This document shows, in pieces, positions 44,574 through 53,869 of a stretch of DNA of 64,000 bases; position 1 is the stretch's first letter; every line of letters begins with the position of its first letter. The position numbers and the translations under genes were made by a program. This DNA comes from Candidatus Methylomirabilota bacterium. Its GTDB lineage: Bacteria > Methylomirabilota > Methylomirabilia > Rokubacteriales > CSP1-6. The notes under the pieces were generated by a model. The model worked only from the letters and a program-made list of their open reading frames with translations, had not been told where the DNA came from and ran no database searches. Location of the stretch: contig DATEDO010000219.1 in NCBI GenBank assembly GCA_035281625.1, forward strand, positions 3,952 to 67,951. Direction: 5' to 3'.

Positions 44574-47500
44574 GAATGCTCCGCCGGCCTGACCACCGCC
44601 GGGGGGGCGGCCACCACCGGTTTCCCGCGGCCGCGGCCAAGACTTTCCACGAAGGTGAAGTTGCCCGGGATGATGAACACGCCCAGCGCGGTGGCAATGA
44701 GCATCCCCCAGAACACGGACGTGCCCATGACGTTCTGGGCTCCGGCCCCGGCCCCCGCCGCCAGCATCAGCGGCACCACGCCCAGGATGAAGGCGAAGGC
44801 GGTCATGAGAATGGGCCGGAACCGCAGGCGGGCGGACTCGAGCGCCGCGTCGCCGTAGGACATGCCTTCCTCGTTCTTGAGCTTGGCGAACTCCACGATG
44901 AGGATGGCGTTCTTGGCGGCGAGGCCGATCAGCATGATGTTGCCGATCTGGACGTAGACGTTGTTGTCGTAGCCCATCAGCCATACGCCGAAGCTCGCGC
45001 CCAGCACGACCATGGGCGAACCGAGCAGCACCGCCCAGGGCAGCCGCCAGCTCTCGTACATCGCGGCGAGCAGGAGGAACACGAAGATGATGGCGAGGAT
45101 GAACGTGGGCGCGGCGGGCGGCGCCACCTTCTCCTGGTAGGACAGGGCGGAGTAGGCGTAGCCCATCTCCTTCGGCATGTTGGCGCGGAACACCTCTTCC
45201 AGCGCGGCGAGGGCCTGGCCGGAGGTGTAGCCGCGCCCGGGCGCGCCGGAGACTTCCACCGAGCGGAAGAGGTTGAAGCGCGTGGTGATCTCGGTGCTCG
45301 CGACCGGCGTGATCGTCATGAGGGTGGACAGCGGGATCATGGTTCCCGTGGCCTGGCTCCGGACATACACTTGCCCGATGTCCTCGGGGCGCCGCCGATA
45401 GTCGGCCTCGGCCTGGACGTACACACGGTAGAGGCGGCCGAAGCGGTTGAAGTCGTTCACGTAGGCCGCGCCCATGGCCGCCGACATCGCCTGGAAGACG
45501 TCGTTGATGGGGACACCCAGGCTCCGCGCCTTCTCCCGGTCGAGGTCCACCTTCACCTGCGGGTAGTTGGGATCGAACGAGGTGAAGAGATTGGCCAGCT
45601 CGGGGCGCTCGCGGGCGGCGGCGAGGAACTTGCGCGTCTCGGCGCCCAGCTCGTCCACGCTCAGCGTGCCGCTCCGATCCTGGAGGAGCATCTTGAAACC
45701 CGACGAAGCCCCGAAGCCGGAGATGGTGGGGATGTTGAACGGGAAGATGATGGCTTCGGGGATCTGGGCGAACTGGGGGCGCAGGCGCGCCATGATGCCG
45801 TTGACGTGGAGCGCGGCCCCGTGGCGCTCCTCCCATGGCTTGAGGCGCACGAAGACCGTGCCGAAGTTCGGCTGATAGGTGCTGGTCACCACGCCGTAGC
45901 CGCCGATGGTGGTGCTTGCTTCCACGCCCGGCGTCTTGGCGATGATCTCCTCCACCATCGTCAGCACGCCGGCCGTTCGCTCGAGGGATGCGCCGGGCGG
46001 CAGCTGCACGTTGACGCCGAAGATGCCTTGGTCCTCGTCGGGGATGAAGCCCGCGGGCAGCGCGCCGCCGAACAGCGCGGCGCCTACCGCCACCACGACG
46101 ACGAGGAGGATGGTGAGGATCGACCGGCGGACGAGCAGGCCGGCGATGCCGATGTAGCCCTTGGTCGCCCGGTCGAACAGCCAGTTGAACCCCCGGAAAA
46201 AGGCGCCCAGCGGCCCCCACGAGATGCCGTGGCTGCCTGGCTTCAGGAACATCGCGCACAGCGCGGGGGTGAGCGTCAGCGCGTTGAAGGCCGAGAGCAG
46301 CACGGAGATGGCGATGGTGAGCGCGAACTGCTGATACATCTGTCCGGTGAGCCCGCCCAGGAAAGCGACGGGGATGAACACCGCCGAGAGGATGAGGGCG
46401 ATGCCGATGACCGGAGCCGACACCTCTTTCATCGCCTGCTGGGTGGCCTCGCGCGGCCCGAGTCCGTGCTCCATGTGATGGATGACCGCCTCCACCACCA
46501 CGATGGCGTCGTCCACCACGATGCCGATGGCGAGGACGAGGCCGAACATCGAGAGCGTGTTGACCGAGAAGCCCAGCATCGGGAAGAAGATGAACGTGCC
46601 GATGATGGACACCGGGATGGTCAGGAGCGGGATGATGGTCGCCCGCACGGACTGGAGGAAGATGAAGACCACGAGGGTCACGAGGATGAGGGCCTCGACG
46701 AAGGTCTTCACGATCTCGTGGATCGAGGCCTGCACCGCGGGCGTCGTGTCGTAGACGATCTTGTAGTCCATGTCGGGCGGGAACTGGCCCTGCTGGCGCT
46801 TCATCGTCTCGTAGATCTCGTTCGCCGCCTTGAGCTGATCCGCCCCGGGCAGGAGGTAGACCGCCATGGAGCCGGCGGGCTTCCCATTCATCCGTCCGAA
46901 GGAGTTGTAGTCCTGCGAGCCCAGCTCGGCCCGGCCCACATCCCGGATGCGCACCTGCTGCGCGCCCTCCGTGCCCCGGATGATGATGTTCTCGAAGTCC
47001 TCGGGGTTCACGAGGCGGCCGGGCGCCGCCACGGTGTAGGTGAATTCCTGGTCCTTGGGGGTGGGCGCCCCGCCGACCTTCCCCGCCGGCGCCTGGAGGT
47101 TCTGCTCCTTGATGGAGCTGATCACGTCGGCGGGCGTGATGCCGAGCTTGGCCAGCTTGTCCGGCCGAACCCACACGCGCATGCCGTAGTCGGCGCCGCC
47201 GAAGAGGTCGACCTGAGCGATGCCGGGGATGCGCAGGATCTGGTCGCGAATGTTGATGCCGCAGTAGTTGATCAGGTAGTTGGCGTCGTACGAGCCGTTC
47301 GGGGAATAGACGGAGATGAGCATGAGGATGCTCGGGCTCTGCTTCTTCACCGTCACGCCCTGCGCGTTGACCTCCTGGGGAAGCCGCGCCTGGGCGGAGG
47401 CCACCCGGTTCTGGGTCAGCACGTTGGCGGTGTCCTGATCCACGCCGACCTGGAAGGAGACGTCCAGCAGCATCCGGCCGTCGCTCGTGTTCGAGGACTG

Positions 47501-47734
47501 CATGAAGATCATCCGGTCCACGCCGTTCACTTCCTGCTCGATGGGCGTGGCCACCGACTGCTCCACCGCCACCGCGGAGGCGCCGGGATAGGTAGCGGTG
47601 ACCCGGATGATGGGGGGAGCGAGGAACGGATACTGCTCGAACGAGAGCTTGCTGAGGGTGTAGACCCCCATCAGCACCATCAGGATCGAGATGACGATGG
47701 CGACGATGGGCCGCCGGATGAAGAACTGGGCCAC
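44570..47734 (-). CDS. RND multidrug efflux pump, inner-membrane permease (HAE1, AcrB/MexB family)
   Basis: 1054 aa, with a 12-TM AcrB architecture. The N-terminus is MAQFFIRRPIVAIVISILMVLMG. Confidence 0.9.
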   Translation of the reverse strand: MAQFFIRRPIVAIVISILMVLMGVYTLSKLSFEQYPFLAPPIIRVTATYPGASAVAVEQSVATPIEQEVNGVDRMIFMQSSNTSDGRMLLDVSFQVGVDQDTANVLTQNRVASAQARLPQEVNAQGVTVKKQSPSILMLISVYSPNGSYDANYLINYCGINIRDQILRIPGIAQVDLFGGADYGMRVWVRPDKLAKLGITPADVISSIKEQNLQAPAGKVGGAPTPKDQEFTYTVAAPGRLVNPEDFENIIIRGTEGAQQVRIRDVGRAELGSQDYNSFGRMNGKPAGSMAVYLLPGADQLKAANEIYETMKRQQGQFPPDMDYKIVYDTTPAVQASIHEIVKTFVEALILVTLVVFIFLQSVRATIIPLLTIPVSIIGTFIFFPMLGFSVNTLSMFGLVLAIGIVVDDAIVVVEAVIHHMEHGLGPREATQQAMKEVSAPVIGIALILSAVFIPVAFLGGLTGQMYQQFALTIAISVLLSAFNALTLTPALCAMFLKPGSHGISWGPLGAFFRGFNWLFDRATKGYIGIAGLLVRRSILTILLVVVVAVGAALFGGALPAGFIPDEDQGIFGVNVQLPPGASLERTAGVLTMVEEIIAKTPGVEASTTIGGYGVVTSTYQPNFGTVFVRLKPWEERHGAALHVNGIMARLRPQFAQIPEAIIFPFNIPTISGFGASSGFKMLLQDRSGTLSVDELGAETRKFLAAARERPELANLFTSFDPNYPQVKVDLDREKARSLGVPINDVFQAMSAAMGAAYVNDFNRFGRLYRVYVQAEADYRRRPEDIGQVYVRSQATGTMIPLSTLMTITPVASTEITTRFNLFRSVEVSGAPGRGYTSGQALAALEEVFRANMPKEMGYAYSALSYQEKVAPPAAPTFILAIIFVFLLLAAMYESWRLPWAVLLGSPMVVLGASFGVWLMGYDNNVYVQIGNIMLIGLAAKNAILIVEFAKLKNEEGMSYGDAALESARLRFRPILMTAFAFILGVVPLMLAAGAGAGAQNVMGTSVFWGMLIATALGVFIIPGNFTFVESLGRGRGKPVVAAPPAVVRPAEHS

Positions 47735-47737
47735 CGG

Positions 47738-49168
47738 CTACCCTCCGGACGCGGGCTTGGGGGGAGTCGGCGCCACGGACTTGGCCGGCGCCGGTGCCCC
47801 CGGCGAGCCCGGCGCCGGCGCGGCGGCCGGGGCCGGTCCACCCGCGGGGACCGCGGGCCTGGCCATCGCGGCCCGCTCCGGCTTCACCTGCATGCCCGGC
47901 CGCACCTTCTGCATCCCTTCCACGATCACGCGCTCGCCGGCGGCGAGGCCCTTGGTCACGATGGTGGTGTCGTCGATGCGCTCGTCGAGGGCGACCGGCT
48001 TCAGCACGACCTTGTCGTCGGCGCCCACCGCGAACACGATCTTCGTTCCCTGCTGGTCCATCACCGCGCGCTGGGGCACCAGCACCGCGTTGGGACGCTC
48101 CTCCACCACGCCGCGCACGCGGGCGAACTGACCCGGGCGCACGACCTTCTCCGGGTTGGGGAAGGAGGCCCGGATGTTGATGGTGCCGGTCTTGACGTCG
48201 ACCGCGCGATCCACGAAGACGACGCGCCCCTTGTGCGGGAACGTGCGGCCATCCGCGAGGATCAGCGTGAGCGCGGGTCCCGAGCTCTGCACGCGACCCG
48301 ACGGATCCAGCTGGATCCGCGGCGCGAGCTTCAAGTAGTCGACTTCCGCGAGCGGGAAGTCGGCGTAGATGGGATCGATCGCGGACACCGTGGCGAGCAG
48401 GGTCGGCTCGCTCTTGCCCACGAGGTTGCCGCGGTCCACCTGTACCTTGCCCACCACGCCGGTCACGGGGGACTTCACCGTGGTGTAGTCCACGTTGAGC
48501 TGCGCCTGGGTCACTGCCGCCTTCGCCGAGTTGACGGCGGCCTCGCCGAGCTGGATCTGGGTGCGCTGCGCCAGCTCGGCGTCCTTGAGGGCCGCCTCCG
48601 CCGCCTCCACCCCCGCGATGGCGACCTGCTCCTGGGAGAGCGCGGTGTCGAGATCCTGCTGCGGAATGGCCCGCGCCTGGGCGAGCGGCCGGTAGCGGTT
48701 GACGTCCTGCTGGGCCTTGCCGAGATCGGCCTTGCGCTGGTTGAGCTGGGCCTTGACGCGATCGACCACCGAGGTGTCGCGCGCCCGGATCAGATCGGCC
48801 TGGGCCTTGGCGAGCTGGGCGCGCGCCGACTCGAGCTGGGCCGCGTACTCCTCGCGCTGAATGGTGAACAGCGTCTGGCCCTGCTTGACTTCGCTACCTT
48901 CCTGGAACAGCACCTCTTCCAGCACGCCGGCCACGCGCGCGCGGACTTCGATCGTGGGTACGCCCTCCGTCCGCGCGGTGTACTCGCGGACGATGGGCAC
49001 GGACCGCTGCACCACCTCCGCGACGATCACGGGGGTGGGGGGCGGCGGGGGAGCCGCCACCTTCGCGCTGTTGGCGCGGTCGCACGCGGCGGTGGTCGAG
49101 AGTATCAGGAGCGCGAACAGCCATGCCGCCGCGCGGCGCTCCCGCTCAAGCCGGTTGTGTTGTCTCAT
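47738..49168 (-). CDS. RND efflux periplasmic adaptor (membrane fusion protein, AcrA/HlyD family), lipoprotein
   Basis: 476 aa from the ATG at 49166-49168, with AGGAG 6 nt upstream. The signal peptide and lipobox are LFALLILSTTAAC. The coiled-coil and beta-barrel MFP domains are present, and the tail is Pro/Ala-rich. Confidence 0.85.
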   Translation of the reverse strand: MRQHNRLERERRAAAWLFALLILSTTAACDRANSAKVAAPPPPPTPVIVAEVVQRSVPIVREYTARTEGVPTIEVRARVAGVLEEVLFQEGSEVKQGQTLFTIQREEYAAQLESARAQLAKAQADLIRARDTSVVDRVKAQLNQRKADLGKAQQDVNRYRPLAQARAIPQQDLDTALSQEQVAIAGVEAAEAALKDAELAQRTQIQLGEAAVNSAKAAVTQAQLNVDYTTVKSPVTGVVGKVQVDRGNLVGKSEPTLLATVSAIDPIYADFPLAEVDYLKLAPRIQLDPSGRVQSSGPALTLILADGRTFPHKGRVVFVDRAVDVKTGTINIRASFPNPEKVVRPGQFARVRGVVEERPNAVLVPQRAVMDQQGTKIVFAVGADDKVVLKPVALDERIDDTTIVTKGLAAGERVIVEGMQKVRPGMQVKPERAAMARPAVPAGGPAPAAAPAPGSPGAPAPAKSVAPTPPKPASGG

Positions 49169-49194
49169 GCCCGCTCCTGCGTGATGGAATCTAT

Positions 49195-49235
49195 TGGCCG
49201 CCGTTGACAGTAAACCGCACCGAGGGCAGACGTCT
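49195..49235 (-). promoter_or_regulatory. Candidate sigma70-type promoter for the RND operon
   Basis: The minus strand reads GTTTAC-16nt-TAGATT, ending about 25 nt upstream of the MFP ATG. This is weak evidence in a high-GC genome. Confidence 0.25.
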
Positions 49236-49262
49236 ACCGGCTGGCCGAGGGTCGCATCGCGG

Positions 49263-49310
49263 GCCCGCCCCGCGCCATAGGACCTTGGTCCACCCGGCGG
49301 CGGGGCGGGC
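49263..49310. terminator. Compound GC-rich stem-loop downstream of the AAEx transporter gene
   Basis: The outer stem gcccgccccgc (49263-49273) pairs with gcggggcgggc (49300-49310). An inner perfect hairpin ggacc-tt-ggtcc sits at 49280-49291. It shares the 15-mer GGCGGGGCGGGCGGG with the 30154-30231 inverted repeat. Confidence 0.5.
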
Positions 49311-49331
49311 GGGTGGGTCTTCCGCGACGCG

Positions 49332-51014
49332 TCAGGCCAACAGGGCCACGATGACGGGCCCCCAGGCGGTGAGCAAAATGTTTCCCACGGCATAGGGCAC
49401 GGTATAGCCAAGGGCCGGCAGCTTGCTCTGGGACTCCTCCTGGACGGCCCGCAGAGCGGCGGTGATCGTCCCCGCTCCGGTACACGCGCCCAGGAGGATG
49501 AGGGGGTTCATCCGGAGCACGTATCGGCCGAAGAGAATGGCCGTGACATGGGGCAGGATGGCCACCACCAGGCCGACCAGGACCAGGCTCACGCCGGACT
49601 TCTGGAGGCCCGACACGAAGCTCGGACCGGCGCTGAGCCCCACCACGCCGATGAAGACGGTCAGGCCCACGGTGTCGAATACCCACATGGCCGGCTCGGG
49701 GATGCGCCCGAACGTGGGATGCACGGCGCGCAGCCAGCCGAAGACCAGGCCCATGATGAGGGCGCCGCCGCTGGCGGTGAGGGTGATGGGAAGCCCCCCG
49801 AGCGTGAGCGTGAGCAGGCCCACCAGGCCGCCCAGGAAGATCCCGAGGCCGACGAAGATCATGTCCGTGGTGATGGTCGGGCGGTCGGCGTATCCGACCT
49901 CGCGGGCGGCTCGCTCGACGTCGGCCTTGGCCCCGACCAGGTTCAGCACGTCACCGCGATCGACGCGGGTTGCCGCGGAGAACGGCATGGGCTGCCCCAC
50001 TCGCGTGAGCTGGCGCAGGAACACGCCGCGAGCGGCCTCCATGGTCGCCAGCTCCGCGATGCTCTTCCCGATGACGTCGCGCCTGGTCACGACGACGTCG
50101 AGCACCTCGACCGGGAAGTCGAGCAGCTCCCGGTCGTCCTCCTCCGGGCCGATCACCGTGCCGCGCGCCATCAGCGCCTCGGAGCGAGTCATCACCGCGA
50201 CCACGTCGTCCTTCTGAATGACGGTGTCGGGGCGGGCCTCGACGATGACTCCGGCATGCCGGACGCGCGAGATGAAGACGCGCACGTCCTTGGGGAAGGC
50301 CTCGATCTGGCCCACCGTCTTCCCGATCATGCGCTCGTTGGCGACGCGATAGGCGCGGACGCCGAAGTTCATGAATGCGGAGCGGACGCCGGGCTCGGGC
50401 TCCTCGGTCGCCCCGCTCTGGCTCTGGTACTTCCTCGCCTCTTCCTTCAAGTTCACGCGCATCAACCGGGGGCCGATGCTGGGAATGAACCAGACGATGA
50501 AGGCGGTGCCGATGAGGTAGGTGACCGCGTAGGCCACCGGGATGTTGTTGATGAGCGCGGTCCTCTGATCCTGAGGCAGATCGAGCCGGTTGATGGCATC
50601 CGCGGCCGTGCCGATGACGGTGGATTCCGTGAACGCCCCCGCGAGAAGCCCCGCGGCGGTGCCCACGTCGTAGGCGAAGAGCTTGGCCGCCGTGAACGCG
50701 GCGATCAGGCACGTGACGCAGAGCACCACGGTGAGCGCGAGCTGGGGCAGCGCGTCCTTTTTCAACCCGCGAAAGAATTGCGGCCCGACCTTGTAGCCGG
50801 TGGTGAAGAGGAAGAGATCGAAGAAGACGTTCTTCACGATGGCGGGGACTTTGATATCGAGCTGACCGATGATGACTCCCGCCAGCAGCGTGCCCACCAC
50901 GGTGCCCAGGCTGAACGAGCCGATCCTGATCCGTCCGATGGCGAAGCCCACCGCGAGGGTGAGGAAGATCGCCAGCTCCGGGTGCTCACGCAATGCGCTG
51001 ACGAAGTAATGCAT
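49332..51014 (-). CDS. AAEx-family transporter (AspT/YidE/YbjL type, two central TrkA-C domains)
   Basis: 560 aa. The N-terminus ([40 protein letters not shown]) and the duplicated 5+5 TM halves flanking a cytoplasmic regulatory domain match the AAEx family. Confidence 0.8.
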   Translation of the reverse strand: MHYFVSALREHPELAIFLTLAVGFAIGRIRIGSFSLGTVVGTLLAGVIIGQLDIKVPAIVKNVFFDLFLFTTGYKVGPQFFRGLKKDALPQLALTVVLCVTCLIAAFTAAKLFAYDVGTAAGLLAGAFTESTVIGTAADAINRLDLPQDQRTALINNIPVAYAVTYLIGTAFIVWFIPSIGPRLMRVNLKEEARKYQSQSGATEEPEPGVRSAFMNFGVRAYRVANERMIGKTVGQIEAFPKDVRVFISRVRHAGVIVEARPDTVIQKDDVVAVMTRSEALMARGTVIGPEEDDRELLDFPVEVLDVVVTRRDVIGKSIAELATMEAARGVFLRQLTRVGQPMPFSAATRVDRGDVLNLVGAKADVERAAREVGYADRPTITTDMIFVGLGIFLGGLVGLLTLTLGGLPITLTASGGALIMGLVFGWLRAVHPTFGRIPEPAMWVFDTVGLTVFIGVVGLSAGPSFVSGLQKSGVSLVLVGLVVAILPHVTAILFGRYVLRMNPLILLGACTGAGTITAALRAVQEESQSKLPALGYTVPYAVGNILLTAWGPVIVALLA

Positions 51015-51036
51015 GCCGCGCCTCCCGTCCGCCGGA

Positions 51037-52566
51037 TTAGCTCTTGGGCTTGGTCTCCGCCCCGCCCCCGGGAGCCGGGGGCGGAACGCCGAAGTAGCGC
51101 CCCGCGGCCGGATGGACCGGGATCGTGATGCCCCGTAGCCCGGTCCGCTTGGAGATCTTGGCGCCCTGGGCCGCGCCCCGGGAGACGTAGTCGGTGTTCT
51201 CGAATACCAGCTTCAGGACCACCGCGGCCTCGCCTTCCGGGACGTCGGCATGCGTCACGAGCAGGGCGGTCGCCGCGACCGTCGTCACGCCGTCCTGTTG
51301 TCCCGGGTAGGTGTTGGCTGGGACCATGAGGCGGACGAGGCCAGGGCTCTGGCTGACCAGGCCCGCCACCGTGTCCACGTCCAGCGAGAGCAGGCGGATC
51401 GGATGCCGGGTCGCCAGGCGCTGTATCTCACGGGCGGGCGCGCCTACCGTCGCGAAGAAAGCGTCCAGGCGGCCACCTCTGAGCCGGGCCGGGGCGTCCT
51501 CCAGCCCGTCCTCGCGGACCTCGGCGAGGTCCTTCGGGGCGAGCCCATGCGCGGCGAGCACGGCGAGGGCGTCGGCGCGGGTACCTGAGTTCAGCGGGCC
51601 CAGGGCGACGCGCTTGCCGCGGAGATCGGCGACGGTCCGTATCGGGGACTTGGCGGAGACGACGATGTGCAGGGGCTCGGGAAACAGGCTTCCCAGGGCC
51701 CGGAGAGAGGTCACGGCGCCGCCCTGGGCGAACGCGCCCTCGCCGGCATACGCCATCGCGGCCACGTCGGACTGGACGAGGGCGTAGTCGGCCTCCTTGC
51801 TGGCGATGAGCCGGACGTTCTCCAGGCTGCCGACGGTCTCGACGTTGCGGACCTTCACCGTCGCGTTGATCTGCTGCGCGCGGGCGACCACGGCCTCCGA
51901 GATTGGATGGTATTCGCCTTCCTCGGGCCCGCTGGCGAAGGTGTAGACGTGCTTGCGCCGCGCCCGGCGCGCCGTGATGGCCTTGAGCGCGTGATCCAGC
52001 TCCTCGGAGATCATCTGATCTTCCTGGTTCGGGACGCCCGGCGGGGGAATGTCGACCATGGCGGCGAGCCGATCGATGAGCTGCTTCGCCTTCGAGGCGG
52101 GAGCGGCGTCGCCGGGCGCCGACGGCCGTCTTACCCCGGCGGCGGCGCTCTCCACGCCTTGCCAGCGGTTCCCCACCCACTCGTAAGTGGAGCTCCCGTA
52201 CACCCGGATCTCCTCGCCCGGCTTGGTCTCGCCGGGCTTCACCCCGAAGATGCCCTTCTCGGTCGCGCCGAGCACCTGGGCCAGGGTCCCCGGGCTCAGG
52301 CCTTCCCAGTCACCGAAGTCGTAGGTCTGGGCGAGCTTCAGGGTGGCGTTGTAGTAGACGGCGAGCCGGCTCGCCCCGCTTTCCGCGTCGGGCAGGGGAG
52401 AGCTGCCCTGGCGCCGGAGCGCGACCAGCTCGAAGAGCCCCGGCTTGAAGCGCTGATCGAGCTTCGTCTTCACCTCGGTGCGCAGCGCGGTGGCGTCCGG
52501 CCCGCGCGAACAGCCCAGCGCCGCGACGGCAAGCGCCAGGAACAAGGCCAGCGCGAGACGCTTCAT
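51037..52566 (-). CDS. TAXI-family TRAP-type solute-binding lipoprotein with ~190-aa N-terminal extension (orphan: no DctQM nearby)
   Basis: 509 aa. The signal and lipobox are LALAVAALGCS. The C-terminal ~310 aa carry the TAXI signature, including IPVHPAAGRYF. There is no adjacent TRAP membrane component. Confidence 0.75.
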   Translation of the reverse strand: MKRLALALFLALAVAALGCSRGPDATALRTEVKTKLDQRFKPGLFELVALRRQGSSPLPDAESGASRLAVYYNATLKLAQTYDFGDWEGLSPGTLAQVLGATEKGIFGVKPGETKPGEEIRVYGSSTYEWVGNRWQGVESAAAGVRRPSAPGDAAPASKAKQLIDRLAAMVDIPPPGVPNQEDQMISEELDHALKAITARRARRKHVYTFASGPEEGEYHPISEAVVARAQQINATVKVRNVETVGSLENVRLIASKEADYALVQSDVAAMAYAGEGAFAQGGAVTSLRALGSLFPEPLHIVVSAKSPIRTVADLRGKRVALGPLNSGTRADALAVLAAHGLAPKDLAEVREDGLEDAPARLRGGRLDAFFATVGAPAREIQRLATRHPIRLLSLDVDTVAGLVSQSPGLVRLMVPANTYPGQQDGVTTVAATALLVTHADVPEGEAAVVLKLVFENTDYVSRGAAQGAKISKRTGLRGITIPVHPAAGRYFGVPPPAPGGGAETKPKS

Positions 52567-52569
52567 GGA

Positions 52570-53781
52570 TCAGAACCCGAACATCGGCAGGGCCAGGTAG
52601 GCCTGGATGATGAACGCGTTGGTGATGTCGATGAAGAAGGCGCCCACCATGGGCACGATGAGGAAGGCGAGTGGGGAGGGCCCGTGGCGGTCGGTCACCG
52701 ACTTCATGATGGCGAGCGCGCAGGCGGTGGACGACATGCCGAAGCCGATCTGCCCCGCGGACATGATGGCGGCGTCGTAGGTTTGTCCCATGACGCGGAA
52801 CGTCACCTGCGTGGCGTAGAGCGTGATGATGATGGTCTGAGTGGCCAGGATCACCAGCAGCGGGCCCGCCAGGTTCACCAGGTCGAGCAATCGCATGGTC
52901 ATGAGCGCCATGACCAGGAACATGGACAGCGCGACGTTGCCCACCACGTCCACGGTGGCGTCGCTCATCTGGAACAGACCGGTCGCCGTCGAGGCATTCC
53001 GGATCACGACCCCGAGCAGGAGCGAGAACACGAAGTCCGGCAGGATGAATCCGGTGCCCGCGACCAGGCCCACGAGCAGCTTCCCGCCGGCCAGGCAGAG
53101 CAGGATGACGAAGAGCGTGGTGAGCAAGGACTGCGAGGTGACGGAATCCGCCTCGGCGGCGTCGGGCGTCCCGTCGGCGTCCGCGTCGGCGCCGGGCGCC
53201 GGTCCCTGCAGCTTGTGCCGCCTGAGGAGGTATTCGGCCACGGGACCGCCCAGCACGGCGCCGATGACCAGGCCCGCGGTGGCGCACGCCATGGTGAGCT
53301 CCATGATCCCCTGGAGGTTCATGGTTTCGCCGAGCCGGCCCGCATAGGCCGCGCCCGTCCCGTGCCCGCCGACCAGGGTGATGGATCCTCCGAGGAGGCC
53401 CACCACGGGATGCATGTCCATGGCGCGCGCCGCGCTGATCCCGATGAGGTTCTGCACCACGATGAGCACCACGCTGATCCCGAGGAATATGGCCAGCCGC
53501 GGGCCACCCTTGACCAGCATCCGCGCGTCGGCGGCGAGGCCGACCGTCGTGAAGAACATGAGGAGCAGGACGTCGCGCAGCCCCAGGTTGAAGCCCAGCC
53601 GCACGTGCAGGACGCCGTCCACCACGGCGAGGAGTAGGGCCATCAGGCCGCCGCCGACGACGGGCGCGGGGATGTTCAACCGCGACAGCAGGGGCACGTG
53701 GGCCACGAGGAGGCGGCCCAGGAACAGCACCGCGATGGAGACCAGCAGCGTGGAGATGAGATCGAAGTCTATCGTCCGCAC
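52570..53781 (-). CDS. gltS: Sodium/glutamate symporter
   Basis: 403 aa, with the GltS family 10-TM pattern and conserved segments (GISVVLIVVQNLIGI ... GFGMSSTACALAIMKSVT). Confidence 0.8.
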   Translation of the reverse strand: MRTIDFDLISTLLVSIAVLFLGRLLVAHVPLLSRLNIPAPVVGGGLMALLLAVVDGVLHVRLGFNLGLRDVLLLMFFTTVGLAADARMLVKGGPRLAIFLGISVVLIVVQNLIGISAARAMDMHPVVGLLGGSITLVGGHGTGAAYAGRLGETMNLQGIMELTMACATAGLVIGAVLGGPVAEYLLRRHKLQGPAPGADADADGTPDAAEADSVTSQSLLTTLFVILLCLAGGKLLVGLVAGTGFILPDFVFSLLLGVVIRNASTATGLFQMSDATVDVVGNVALSMFLVMALMTMRLLDLVNLAGPLLVILATQTIIITLYATQVTFRVMGQTYDAAIMSAGQIGFGMSSTACALAIMKSVTDRHGPSPLAFLIVPMVGAFFIDITNAFIIQAYLALPMFGF

Positions 53782-53869
53782 GCGGCGTCTCCGGGCCCCA
53801 TGCTGTCGCGATTCATCGGCCGATCATACGTCCGACCCCCGTCTTTCCTGTCACCTATTGGATCAGAGG

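Noticed and set aside
43173-47174. 1333-aa minus-strand ORF treated as one protein
   Set aside because: It is a read-through frame. The real outer-membrane factor is its last 466 codons (from the ATG at 44573), and the upstream part overlaps the RND pump gene in another frame.
44576-49207. 1543-aa plus-strand ORF
   Set aside because: It is antisense to the RND pump and MFP genes, which have unmistakable homology.
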